Below, piece by piece: positions 29,150 to 39,288 of a stretch of 64,000 bases of DNA. The notes below the pieces were generated by a model. That model ran no database searches, was not told the DNA's origin, and was given only the letters and a program-made list of their open reading frames with translations. How positions within the stretch are numbered: the first letter of the stretch is position 1; every line of letters begins with the position of its first letter. This stretch comes from Candidatus Eiseniibacteriota bacterium (GTDB lineage: Bacteria; Eisenbacteria; RBG-16-71-46; CAIMUX01; VGJL01). Location of the stretch: NCBI GenBank assembly GCA_963792585.1, contig CAWBWI010000006.1, forward strand, positions 544,001-608,000, written 5' to 3'. The position numbers were made by a program, and so were the translations under genes.

Positions 29150-30253
29150 ATGACCCGAAGAGTCGTCGCATTCTCGATCGCGCTGATCGCCATCGTCTCG
29201 ATCGCACCCGCGCTCCGGGCGCGACCTCTCTATGCGGCGCGCACGGGTATGGCCTGCGCGCGCTGCCACGTCGATCCGAACGGCGGCGGCATGCGCACGG
29301 GCACCGGCTTCCTCTACGCTCTGAACCTTCACACGATGGCGCCATCCGAAGAGCGCGAGGCGACCCTCGATCCGAAGATCTCCGACGGTCTGAGGCTCGG
29401 CGGCGACATGCGCACGCAGTACATGCAGGACGTCCACAACGAGCTGCGCAATCGCTCGACCTTCTTCCTGATGCAGGCGACCCTGTACCTATCCGCCAAC
29501 CTCTCCGACAACACGACGCTCTACTACGCCAACGACCAGGGACGCACGACCGAGGCGTTCGGACTGATCGGCGGCCTGCCGCTCGGCACCGTACTCAAGG
29601 TGGGCCGCTTTCTCCCCGCCTATGGGATCGAAGAGGAAGACCATACCCTCTTCACGCGCGACTCGCTCGGCTTCGGCACTTCCGCGGAGGACACCGGCAT
29701 CGAACTCACCCTCGCCCGCGGCACGAGGTCGCTCACGGTCGCGGCCGTCAATGGTACGCGCGGGATCCTCGACGACAACCCGCAGAAAGCGCTCGTTGCC
29801 CGGGCCTGCTGGTACAACGACCGCATCGGGTATGGACTGAGCGGCTTCACGAACACTCCCTACTCGGCCGAGAGGAGCCTGCGTTTCGGGGCCTTCGGTC
29901 AGTTCCACCATGGACCGTTCGTGGTACTCGCCGAGTACGACCGCGGGGAGGATACCCCCGACGAAGGCGTGTTGCGAAAGTCCGAATACCTGATGGTGGA
30001 CGGTTCCTGCACGGTCGGGGAGAGAACGACCCTTCGGGCGACCTACGATCGGGTCGACCCGAACACGGAGTACGCCGAAACCGCCCGCGATCGCGTCGGA
30101 ATCGGTCTCGACGCCGACCTGTCGCCGTTCACCCGGCTGCTCCTGCGAGCGCGGGGCACACGACAGTACGGCCATGACGATTATGGAACGCGTCTCTACG
30201 GCACCGATCGAGACACCTACGACCTGATCGCCCAGATCGCCTTCGGCTTCTGA
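29150..30253 (+). CDS. Monoheme cytochrome c-porin fusion (Cyc2-like architecture)
   Basis: Signal peptide, PLYAARTGMACARCH right after the cleavage site, amphipathic beta-strands, KVGRFLPAYG, terminal Phe (DLIAQIAFGF). Confidence 0.82.
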   Translation: MTRRVVAFSIALIAIVSIAPALRARPLYAARTGMACARCHVDPNGGGMRTGTGFLYALNLHTMAPSEEREATLDPKISDGLRLGGDMRTQYMQDVHNELRNRSTFFLMQATLYLSANLSDNTTLYYANDQGRTTEAFGLIGGLPLGTVLKVGRFLPAYGIEEEDHTLFTRDSLGFGTSAEDTGIELTLARGTRSLTVAAVNGTRGILDDNPQKALVARACWYNDRIGYGLSGFTNTPYSAERSLRFGAFGQFHHGPFVVLAEYDRGEDTPDEGVLRKSEYLMVDGSCTVGERTTLRATYDRVDPNTEYAETARDRVGIGLDADLSPFTRLLLRARGTRQYGHDDYGTRLYGTDRDTYDLIAQIAFGF

Positions 30254-30433
30254 TCCGCCATCCCGGGCCCGCGAGCAGGCGCTCCCGCTCGGACCCGCGG
30301 ACCCGGATTCGTGAACGGGCGCTCTATCGCAGCGCGAACGTCCTTGCGATGCGTTCGTATCAGCCGGCCCCCCGCCACGACACATTTGGGTTCGTTCCCA
30401 CAGCAGGGTCTCAGGAACGCAGGAGTGTAACCG

Positions 30434-30802
30434 ATGAAACCTGGCAAGAAGCACGTCGCCGTCGAACGGACGATCCTTGCGGGTGGCGTGTTGGCCGTCC
30501 TCTTCCTCGCAGGATGCGGGGGCAGCACCAAGCCAAAGGACACGAGTGGCGATCCCCCCGGTGACACGCCAACCTACACGGCGGACGTCGGCCCGATCAT
30601 CGAGGTTGGATGCACCTGCCATCAGCCCGGCGGCATCAAGTATGCCTCCGTCCCCCTGGACACCTATGCGCGCGTCTTCGCCCGAAGGGCTCTGATCAAG
30701 CAGAGGGCGGGCGTTGAGGGATCGATGCCCCCGACGGGCGCGCTCCCCCAGGCGAAGCGGGAGACGATCATCGCGTGGGTCGACGGCGGCGCGCCGGAAT
30801 GA
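30434..30802 (+). CDS. Monoheme cytochrome c lipoprotein with contracted CxCH motif
   Basis: Lipobox LAGC, TYTADVGPII..CTCH, GSMPP axial Met, IIAWVDGGAPE. Confidence 0.8.
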   Translation: MKPGKKHVAVERTILAGGVLAVLFLAGCGGSTKPKDTSGDPPGDTPTYTADVGPIIEVGCTCHQPGGIKYASVPLDTYARVFARRALIKQRAGVEGSMPPTGALPQAKRETIIAWVDGGAPE

Positions 30803-30817
30803 TCCGGCCGATCGCCG

Positions 30818-31542
30818 TCACTCGAGCTTGGTCGAGATGACCCGTTCGCTGACCAGCGCCGTGAGGTAGATGATCCCCGCCGACCAGACGCAGTCGGACA
30901 GAAAGTGCGCGCCCACCACGATCCGTTGCATGCTGAGGATCGATCCTGCGGCGAGTCCCGCGACGAGACCGAGCGCCGCCGCGCGGGGCCGACGGCCTCT
31001 CCACAGAATGTACAAGGTCAGAAAGTAGAATCCGCTCGCCGCATGACCGCTCGGAAAGCTATTGCCGCCCCCCGACGGACCAGGCTCCCCGATCGGGAGA
31101 AAGGCCCGTTGCCCCCCGAATTCCACGCAATCTCGCGGCCGGGGACGCCCCCAATGGTCCTTGAGCGCCTCGTTGACGATGAGCCCGGAACCGATCACCA
31201 GGACCGAGGCGAGCAGCAGGAAACTGCGGCGGTCCCGGCGCAAGTTCTTGCGGAAGAGCGAAACGATGAACCCGATGACCCCCACGCCGCCCGCGATGTT
31301 GGCCGGCCACGGGCCGTAGTCATAGAGGGCGTCCCAGGGCTGGCGCCCGATGCCGATCCATGCCGGCGTCTCCCCCGGCCGGTAGAAGGATCGCGCGACG
31401 CGGAGATCCAGATCCGTCGCGCGGATTGCGATGGAGGCAAGCAGGAGCGCCCCGACGATGATGGCGAACTCGAGCGCGAACCGCCGGCCGGCCCCGGAGG
31501 AACGAAAGCCGCCCCGGGTTCGATGCCCCGGGGCGGCTTCAT
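30818..31542 (-). CDS. PAP2-family phosphatase; start uncertain, probable frameshift near the 5' end
   Basis: LKDHWGRPRP, SFPSGH, RIVVGAHFLSD. Confidence 0.85.
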
Positions 31543-31554
31543 GCTGCGGATTCC

Positions 31555-32265
31555 TCAGACCCTCTCCGCCATCACCCTTCGCCGCAGCTTCACGATCGCT
31601 TCGGTCGGATTGAGCGCCTTGGGACACGCCTCGACGCAATTGAAGATCGTGTGACACCGCCAGAGGCCGTGCTTGTTGTCGAGCATCTGCGAGTCGCTCC
31701 TCGAGCCCCTCGTCCCGCGTGTCGAAGACGTAGCGATACGCCTTCAGCAAGGCCGCGGGCCCCAGGAACTGCTGGCTGCTCCAGTAGACCGGACACGACG
31801 ATGTGCATGCACCGCAGAGGATACACTCCCACGTCCCGTCGATCAGCTTCCGCTCCTCGGGCGATTGGAGGCGTTCCTTGTCGGTCGGGGACTGCTTCGA
31901 GCAGATCAGCCAGGGCTTGATCGACTCGTAGCGGGCAAAGAAGTCGCTCTGGTCGACAACCAGGTCGCGCAGCACGGGGAAGGCGCGCAGCGGCTCGACG
32001 GTGATGACGCCCCCCTTGCACGTCGAGACCTGGAGTTCGCAGGCCAGATCGTTCTTGCCGTTGATCGTCATGGCGCAGGAGCCGCAGATGCCGTGCCGGC
32101 ACGAGCGCCGGAACGCGAGGGACCCGTCCTGCCGCCACTTGATCTCGTTCAAGCGCGTCGAGGACCGTCCACGCGGGCTGCACCTCGATCTCGTACTCCT
32201 TGAAGGCGCCCGCCTTGGGATCCTCGGGAGTCGCTCCGCCAGATCCGGAAGGTTCGCTTCATCAT
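31555..32265 (-). CDS. sdhB: Succinate dehydrogenase iron-sulfur subunit; about 3 frameshifts
   Basis: FRRSCRHGICGSCAM, CILCGACTSSCP and WRCHTIFNCVEACPK are distributed over different frames. Confidence 0.9.
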
Positions 32266-32271
32266 CCCCTC

Positions 32272-34023
32272 CTAGAACTTCCGCTCTTCCGGCTGGAAGC
32301 GGTGATGACCACGGGCCGGTACGCGAGGCGGGTGTCCCCCTTGTCGTCCAGCCAGCAGAAGGTGTGCTTGAGCCACTCCTTGTCGTTGCGCCCCGGCGCG
32401 TCCTTGCGCCAGTGCGCGCCGCGGCACTCGGGTCGCGCCAGGGCACCGGTCACGATCGGCACGCTGAAGTCGAGCATGTGCCCGAGCTCGAGCGCCTCGA
32501 TCAGCTCGGTGTTGCAGTGCAGGTTCGTGTCGGCGACCCGCACGTGGCGATAGCGGTCGCGCAGAGCACGGACCTCGTTGAGCTGCGGTTCGAGGTCGCC
32601 GGCGTTGCGAAAGATCCCGCACCGCGCGGACATGCCGGCTTGCAGGATGTCACGGAGGTCCGCGGCGGCGCTCACCGCCCCCTTCCTTCGACAGCAGGCG
32701 GGCGATCTCGTCGCGCGAAGGGCCGTCGGGATCGGTCGGGCAGGTCGAGCGGGTCCGCCGGGTGCGCGCGAAGGTCGGCCAGGATCGTGAGTCCGGCCCG
32801 CCGGCCATAGACGCTGCACTCGAGCGTCGAGTTCGTGCCCAGCCGATTCGCCCCGTGGACGGAAACGCAGGCGCACTCCCCGGCCGCATAGAGGCCCGGG
32901 ACGGGAGTGCCGTTCTCGTCGGCCGCCACGCGCGTGTCGTCGTCGTCGGGATCCCGCCCATCGAGTAGTGCGCGCTCGGCTGAATCGGGATCGGCTCCTT
33001 CGTGCAGTCGAGGCCGCAGAACTTGATCGCAAGCTCGTGGATCTGCGGCAGCACCTCGTGGATCTTCTCTGCGCCGAGATGGGTGAGGTCGAGATTGATA
33101 TAAGGCTGGCCGTTCACACCACGTCCCTCGTCGATCTCGCTCTGCTCGGCGCGGGAGACGACGTCGCGGGGCGCCAGCTCCATCTTGGCCTTGGCGTACT
33201 TGTCCATGAACCTCTCGCCCTTGCCGTTGTAGAGCAGTCCGCCCTCGCCGCGGGCGGCCTCGGAGACGAGGATCCCGTGCGGGTAGATGCCCGTCGGGTG
33301 GAACTGGACGAACTCCATGTCCTCGAGCGGCAGGCCCGCGCGCAGGATCATCGAAAGGCCGTCGCCCGTGTTGGCGTGGGCGTTCGTCGTGATCTTCCAG
33401 GCACGCGCGTAGCCGCCGGTCGCGAGCAGCGTCGCCTTGGCGTGGAAGACGTGGAGCCCGCCCTTCTGGAAGTCCCACGCGACCAAACCCGACGCAGGTG
33501 CCGTTCTTCATGAGCAGCTGCGTTACGTAGAACTCGTTGTAGAAACGGACCCCGTTCTTCACGCACTGCTCGTAGAGCGTGTGCAGCTGCGCGTGCCCGG
33601 TCCGGTCGGCGGCATAGCAACTGCGCGCGACCTCCCCCTTCCCGAAGTCGGCGTAGTGGCCGCCGAAGGGGCGCTGCGCGATCTTCCCATCGGGCGTGCG
33701 CGAGAACGGCACGCCGAGGTGCTCCATCTCGTAGATCGTCGGGATCGCCTCGCGCACGAGGATCTCCTGCGCGTCCTGGTCGCCGAGGTAGTCGCTGCCC
33801 CGGACGGTGTCGTAGAGGTGCCACTCCCAGCTGTCTTCCTGCATGTTGCCGAGCGCGGCCGGCACAGCCGCCCTGGGCCGCGCCGGAGTGGGAGCGGGTC
33901 GGGTAGACCTTCGAGATCACGGCCGTGTCGAAGTGCTGGCTCGTCTTCAGGGCCGCGTAGAGCCCGGCGATGCCGGCCCCGACGACGACCACTTCATGCC
34001 GGTGTCGTTCCGATGGCCATCAT
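32272..34023 (-). CDS. sdhA: Succinate dehydrogenase flavoprotein; about 7 frameshifts
   Basis: [67 protein letters not shown]. Confidence 0.92.
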
Positions 34024-34031
34024 CCCCTCCC

Positions 34032-34425
34032 TCACCGCACCGCGGCCGTGGCCTGGAACGGCAGGATCGTCACCGTGCCAAGGATCGCCAGGAGCACGCC
34101 AAGCGCCAGAACCGCGCAATAGAGGGTCACCCGCAACCACGGCCGGTGGACCCCCTCGTTGAGCACGACCAGGACCCCGCGAAGACCGTGGAAAAGGACG
34201 ATGCCCAGGAAGAGCAGGTCGATCAGCTTCCACCATGGATTCGCGAGGCGCTGGACGACATTCGCGTAGTCGACGTCGAAGGCTCCCCTGAGGGGGTCGC
34301 CGAGGACGTAGTGGGTCACGAGCAGGTGCGCCAGTGACGACGGGAACGAGGAGCAGTCCGGTGATCCTCTGCATGAACCAGCCGAACATCCCGCCGGAGT
34401 TCAGACCGCGATCGCGCGCGCTCAT
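34032..34425 (-). CDS. sdhD: Succinate dehydrogenase membrane anchor; frameshift near 34340
   Basis: WFMQRITG, FHGLRGV; ATGA overlap with the sdhC stop. Confidence 0.8.
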
Positions 34426-34785
34426 CGTCCGCCCCCGATCACGAGCTGCAGGATCGGGTAGGCGCCGAACACGAGTCCCGCGGCGGCGATCCCCGCCATC
34501 CACCAGAAGAGTCTTCTTGTGGGTGCGCGAGCCTCCGCCCCACTCGATGATAAGGATCCGGATCCCGTTCATCGCGTGATAGAGGATGATCCCCAAGAGC
34601 CCGATCTCGAGCAGTTTGAAGATCGGATGGGAAACCACGTGCATCACCTGATTGAATCCCTGCTCACCCTGATGAAGGTGGTGGATCACCCAGATGTGGA
34701 TCGCCAGGTAGACCGTGATCGCGACCCCCGTGATCCGGTTGAGCAACCAGGCCACATACCCGAGATGCCATCGGTAGATCATCAT
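34422..34785 (-). CDS. sdhC: Succinate dehydrogenase cytochrome b556 subunit; frameshift near 34510
   Basis: WLLNRITG, YLAIHI, YHAMNGIRIL. Confidence 0.85.
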
Positions 34786-34876
34786 CCCCTCCCCTCGTCC
34801 CGCACGCGAACACCGCGTACGGCAAACGGCACCGCGATTCTTGCATCCGACTCCCTGATGCGACAAGGAGCGAATG

Positions 34877-34899
34877 TTTCAGTCATCTAATGACTGAAA
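34877..34899. promoter_or_regulatory. Perfect inverted repeat TTTCAGTCAT-CTA-ATGACTGAAA, candidate operator
   Basis: 10-bp AT-rich arms with a 3-bp spacer, about 90 bp upstream of sdhC in a divergent intergenic region. Confidence 0.6.
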
Positions 34900-35016
34900 A
34901 CGGTGGTTCTCATACGACGGCTCCGCGGCCCGGATGCTGGACTCCCTATCTTTCGTCAGTTACACTTGTAGGCGCGATAGGAAGTACAGAAAAACGAAAA
35001 CGCCGGAGTGGATCAA

Positions 35017-36825
35017 ATGAGCAAAACTTCTCGACTCTTCCACGCCATATTCTTCCTGGTCCTCCTTGCCCCCCATCCCCACCTCGCGACCGCCGGACCC
35101 ACGATCGAGGTCGGTTTCGCCCCCCACCGGCAGGTCTTGGCGACGGAGACCGTCCCCGACACCAGCCCATTGGATCCATCGAGGACCGATGCCGTGGAGC
35201 TCAGCCGACCCGATCCCAGCCTCCCCTTGAGCACTCAGGCGGCAATGGAGCGCGGATGGCCCGTCCACCTCAGCAACCCGATCGGTTCCCCCGTCTTCTT
35301 CGACCTGGACGGAGACGGGATCTCGGAGGTGATCGCCGGGGACCAAGGGCACGTATACGTCTTCGACGCTGCCGGCAATCTCCGGCCCGGCTGGCCGCGG
35401 ACGACGGCGAATATCGACAACTCGCCGGCGGTCGGTGACATCGACGGCGACGGAGCGCCCGAGATCGTCGTCGGAGCCCGCGGCGCGCCCCCGAAGCTCT
35501 GGGCCTTTCGCGCCGACGGGGTCGTGGAATCCGGCTGGCCCGTGAGCCTGCCCTACCAGACCTGGATGAACTGCAGCAACCCCGTCCTGGCGGACCTGAA
35601 CGCAGACGGAGTCCTCGACGTGGGGATCGCCGTCGAGCGCGGCGTCGCCTTCTACGACGGCCACGGCGTCCCGCTCCCCGGATGGCCTTACCTCTGGACG
35701 ACGTCCCAGAATCTCCAGTGGTCCGGCCCCGCGGTCGCCGACATCGACATGGACGATCGCCCCGAGGTCGTCGTGGGCAACAACTGCCTCTGGTCGGAAT
35801 CGGTTCACGTCATCAGCCACGATGGGAAGGTGATGCCCGGATGGCCCAAGCGGACCGCGCCCGTCTTCTCCTCGCCCGCGCTCGCGGACCTCGACGGCGA
35901 CGGAGACCTCGAGATCGTCATCCAGGACGGCGAGTGGACCTGGGTCGGACACTCGCTCTACGCGTGGCACCATGACGGAACGAACCTCGCCGGATTTCCG
36001 AAGACGATCAGCGAGGACTACGAATCGTCCCGCTCGAATCCTGCGATCGCGGACATCGACGACGACGGCACGCTCGAGATCATAACCGCGACCTCCGATG
36101 GAAACCTGCACGTCCTTCGCCCCGACGGGAGCTACCTGCCCGGCTTCCCGCAAACCATCCCCGGCGACGTGATCTCATCGGCTCAGGTCGTGGACGTGAA
36201 CGGAGATGGGATCGAGGAGGTGTTCCTGACCTACTACCTGGGCGGGAACCAGTACGTGTCAGGATGGCGGTTGAACGGCTCGGTGCTCACCGGATTCCCG
36301 AAACTGCTCCTCACGGCGACCCAGCTCGCGGCTCACGGGTCGACCCATATCGCCGACATCGACGGGGACGGGCGTCTCGAGCTCGCGGCGTGCGGCACCG
36401 ATCTCGATGACGGATCGCTCTGCGTCTTCGAGATCGACGGAAGCGTGTACGACCCGCACACGACGCGGATGGATTGGCCCAAGATCCGGCGCGATCTGCG
36501 GAACACGGGGTTCTTCCCGTGGATCGATCCCGCGGCGGTCGACGAGGGCGAGGTGAGCGGTGGACCGCTCCTGACGGTTGCGCCCAATCCGCTGGGACAG
36601 AACTCACGCGTCCTGTTACGGGACATCTCGGATCCGATCGGCACGCTGCGTGTGATCGATGCCGGCGGCCGCCTCCTGGGAGAACGCGCCGTCGTTTCGC
36701 CCGCGGAGGTTCCGATTCGGTCGATCGTCGACGACCGCCTTCCGCGCGGAGCCTACTGGCTCCACTGGCTGCCGGCAGTCGGGGGTCCGCCGAAATCCGC
36801 GCGGCTCATCGTTGTCGGTGAATAG
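35017..36825 (+). CDS. Secreted FG-GAP/VCBS-repeat beta-propeller with C-terminal sorting-like domain
   Basis: Repeated SPAxxD(L/I)DGDGxxE(I/V) and PG(W/F)P units; C-terminal VAPNP...GAYWL. Confidence 0.88.
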   Translation: MSKTSRLFHAIFFLVLLAPHPHLATAGPTIEVGFAPHRQVLATETVPDTSPLDPSRTDAVELSRPDPSLPLSTQAAMERGWPVHLSNPIGSPVFFDLDGDGISEVIAGDQGHVYVFDAAGNLRPGWPRTTANIDNSPAVGDIDGDGAPEIVVGARGAPPKLWAFRADGVVESGWPVSLPYQTWMNCSNPVLADLNADGVLDVGIAVERGVAFYDGHGVPLPGWPYLWTTSQNLQWSGPAVADIDMDDRPEVVVGNNCLWSESVHVISHDGKVMPGWPKRTAPVFSSPALADLDGDGDLEIVIQDGEWTWVGHSLYAWHHDGTNLAGFPKTISEDYESSRSNPAIADIDDDGTLEIITATSDGNLHVLRPDGSYLPGFPQTIPGDVISSAQVVDVNGDGIEEVFLTYYLGGNQYVSGWRLNGSVLTGFPKLLLTATQLAAHGSTHIADIDGDGRLELAACGTDLDDGSLCVFEIDGSVYDPHTTRMDWPKIRRDLRNTGFFPWIDPAAVDEGEVSGGPLLTVAPNPLGQNSRVLLRDISDPIGTLRVIDAGGRLLGERAVVSPAEVPIRSIVDDRLPRGAYWLHWLPAVGGPPKSARLIVVGE

Positions 36826-36956
36826 GGAGTCGCCGGCACGGATTCCCGCTGGATCCGGGTGCCGAAGGTTCGCAAACTCTCGAGAGCGGGCGCATGGGTG
36901 GGCTCGTTCACGCGTTCGGTCCGAAGGGCGTAAGCAGGGGGATTGAGGCTGGGGAC

Positions 36957-38327
36957 TTGATCGATCTCGAGAGCGCACTCGGGCTGGCGGCAGCAGCAGT
37001 CCTGCTTGGCGCGGGAGGCTACTTCCTGGGGCGTCGAACGCGCGCACGCGACCGACGCGACCGCACTCGGTTGACCTCTGCGCGCGAGCAGGGTCTCCAC
37101 ATTCCGGCATCGTTGCACCCGGTCTTCGATCCGGACCTCTGCATCGGCAGTCTGGCCTGCGTGGCCGCCTGTCCGGAAGGCGACGTGATCGGAGTCGTCA
37201 ACGGTGTCGGCACGCTGCTCGTCGGCGCGAACTGCATCGGACACGGTCGCTGCGCGGCGGAGTGTCCGATGCACGCCATCCAGCTCGTCTTCGGCACCAG
37301 CGAGCGCGGAGTCGACATCCCACGGGTGACGCCGCACTTCGAGTCGACGGTGCCGGGCATCTATGTCGCCGGCGAACTGGGCGGAATGGGACTGATCCGC
37401 AACGCCGTGCGCCAAGGGGCGGCGGCAATCCAGCATCTCGCCGAGAGTCTGCCGAAGCATCGCGAGGGTCCGGTGGACGACGTCGTGATCGTGGGGGCCG
37501 GACCGGGAGGTTTCTCGGCCGCGCTCGCCGCGCGCCGCGCCGGTCTGCGCTTCCGTGTCATCGAGCAAAACTCCTTCGGCGGGGCCCTCGCCCACTATCC
37601 GCGGCAGAAGCTCGTGCTCACCGGCCCGATCGAGCTTCCGCTCGGGGGCAAGCTCGACCGGCCCCAAGTGACCAAAGGGGAGCTGGTCCGCTGGTGGAGC
37701 ACGGCCCGCGAGGAGCACGGAATCGAGATCCAAGAGGGGGAGCGGGTAGAGACCATCGATGGCACTGACGGCGCATTCCGCGTCGTCACATCCCGCGCAA
37801 GCTACCCGACACGGAAGGTGGTCCTCGCGATCGGTCGCAGGGGCACGCCCAAGCGCCTCGGCATTCCCGGCGAGGAACTGCCGCTGGTCACGTACAACCT
37901 GATCGAGCCCGAGCAGTACGAGGGGAAGAAGGTCCTGGTCGTCGGCGGCGGCGACAGCGCCATCGAGGCGGCATGCCAGCTCGCGGGGACGGCCGCGGCC
38001 GTCACGCTCTGCTATCGGGGTGAAGTCTTTCACCGCTGCAAACAGGTAAATCGCGTCCGGATCGAAGCGCTCGAGCGGGGCGGCAGTGTGCGGATCCTGC
38101 GCTCGGTCCAGCCGGTCCGGTTCGAGCCCTCCGGAGCCGTACTCGAGCACACCAAGGAGGAGGGACACCCGATCCCCTCGCACCCCGACCTCACACGGAG
38201 TGCGGAAGGCGCCTCACTTCTCGCGATCGACTTCGCGATCATCTGCGCCGGAGGGGAGTTGCCCGCCACCCTCCTCCATCATCTCGGGCTTCAGGTCGAT
38301 TGGCACTATGGAGGGGTCGTTTCGTGA
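36957..38327 (+). CDS. Membrane-anchored ferredoxin-type Fe-S + FAD/NAD(P)H oxidoreductase (TrxB/YpdA-like)
   Basis: N-terminal TM, CIGSLACVAACP, CIGHGRCAAECP, VIVGAGPGG, LAIGRRG, VVGGGDSA, YRG. Start is TTG 36957 or ATG 36894. Confidence 0.88.
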   Translation: MIDLESALGLAAAAVLLGAGGYFLGRRTRARDRRDRTRLTSAREQGLHIPASLHPVFDPDLCIGSLACVAACPEGDVIGVVNGVGTLLVGANCIGHGRCAAECPMHAIQLVFGTSERGVDIPRVTPHFESTVPGIYVAGELGGMGLIRNAVRQGAAAIQHLAESLPKHREGPVDDVVIVGAGPGGFSAALAARRAGLRFRVIEQNSFGGALAHYPRQKLVLTGPIELPLGGKLDRPQVTKGELVRWWSTAREEHGIEIQEGERVETIDGTDGAFRVVTSRASYPTRKVVLAIGRRGTPKRLGIPGEELPLVTYNLIEPEQYEGKKVLVVGGGDSAIEAACQLAGTAAAVTLCYRGEVFHRCKQVNRVRIEALERGGSVRILRSVQPVRFEPSGAVLEHTKEEGHPIPSHPDLTRSAEGASLLAIDFAIICAGGELPATLLHHLGLQVDWHYGGVVS

Positions 38328-39277
38328 GGCCGCCGTCATTCTCGGAGGACGGTGGTCTTGCATCCGGGTTCCGCGGCGGCGCGTCCCCCCACCAGGCGGA
38401 GATCGATCGGATCATCGCGCGCAAGCGACGTCTGGGGCTCGCGCTGACCATTCTGGGCGCCATCGTCCTTGCAATCCTGATCCTGCGGGGATGGCGCTAC
38501 TATCTCCTCGCCCCCCCTGCGCGTCTCGACGACCCCCAGAATCGGCTACTGCGACCATCGGGAGGTTGGGGACACGGCGTGGGCATCGCCGCCACCCTCG
38601 TCATGCTGGCCAACTTCCTCTATCCGATGCGCAAGCGAACCCGATGGATGGCGCGGATGGGACCGGTGCCCCTCTGGCTCACGTTCCACGTCTTCGTTGG
38701 GATCATGAGTTCGATCGTGATCCTCTTCCACGCGGCCTTCCGGTTCAACAACCTGATCGCGACCCTCACATACGGCAGCCTCGTGATCGTGGTGACGACC
38801 GGGTTGATCGGGCGCTACATTTACGCCATGGTTCCGGGCGCGGGCGAACGCGACCGCGTGGCGCTGGCGGACCTGCAGCGGTCGTGGGCCGATCTGCATA
38901 TCGAGGTCAGCCGCGAGCTCGGGGAAAGGCGCCGACCACCCTGGCTGGGGGCGCTCCTTGATTCGCCTGCGATGCCCCGCGACGCGTCCGCCGCAGGCGC
39001 GCTACGCGCGGTCCTTGCTTGGCCGATCGTGACGATGCGGGCCCGATCCGGCGCGCGCCGGATCGCCTCGGTATTGTCGCCCGGATCCGCCGTCGCGCTC
39101 CGCGCGGACGTCGAGCGGATGGTGCGGCTCCGCCTGCAGATCGAGTTCTTCGGCGGGATCAAGCGCTTGCTGACCACCTGGCGGTCGGGTCACGCCCTGC
39201 TCGCCGTGTTCCTCGTCCTCGTCATCGTCATTCACGTGGCCGTTAGCATCACATTCGGGTACCGATGGATCTTCTGA
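38324..39277 (+). CDS. His-rich multi-pass membrane protein, possible b-heme electron carrier
   Basis: GTG/TGA overlap with a GGAGG SD; TM histidines in GHGVG, WLTFHVFVG, LFHAAF, WRSGHAL, VIHVAV. Confidence 0.75.
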   Translation: MRPPSFSEDGGLASGFRGGASPHQAEIDRIIARKRRLGLALTILGAIVLAILILRGWRYYLLAPPARLDDPQNRLLRPSGGWGHGVGIAATLVMLANFLYPMRKRTRWMARMGPVPLWLTFHVFVGIMSSIVILFHAAFRFNNLIATLTYGSLVIVVTTGLIGRYIYAMVPGAGERDRVALADLQRSWADLHIEVSRELGERRRPPWLGALLDSPAMPRDASAAGALRAVLAWPIVTMRARSGARRIASVLSPGSAVALRADVERMVRLRLQIEFFGGIKRLLTTWRSGHALLAVFLVLVIVIHVAVSITFGYRWIF

Positions 39278-39288
39278 CGCCAGGAGCG

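Noticed and set aside
30818..32446. 542-aa apparent SdhB-PAP2 fusion ORF
   Set aside because: Frameshift artefact: the true SdhB C-terminus (WRCHTIFNCVEACPK) is in another frame and has its own stop at 31555.
33994..34866. SdhC-SdhD fusion ORF
   Set aside because: Produced by indels; repaired frames give separate genes with an ATGA overlap.
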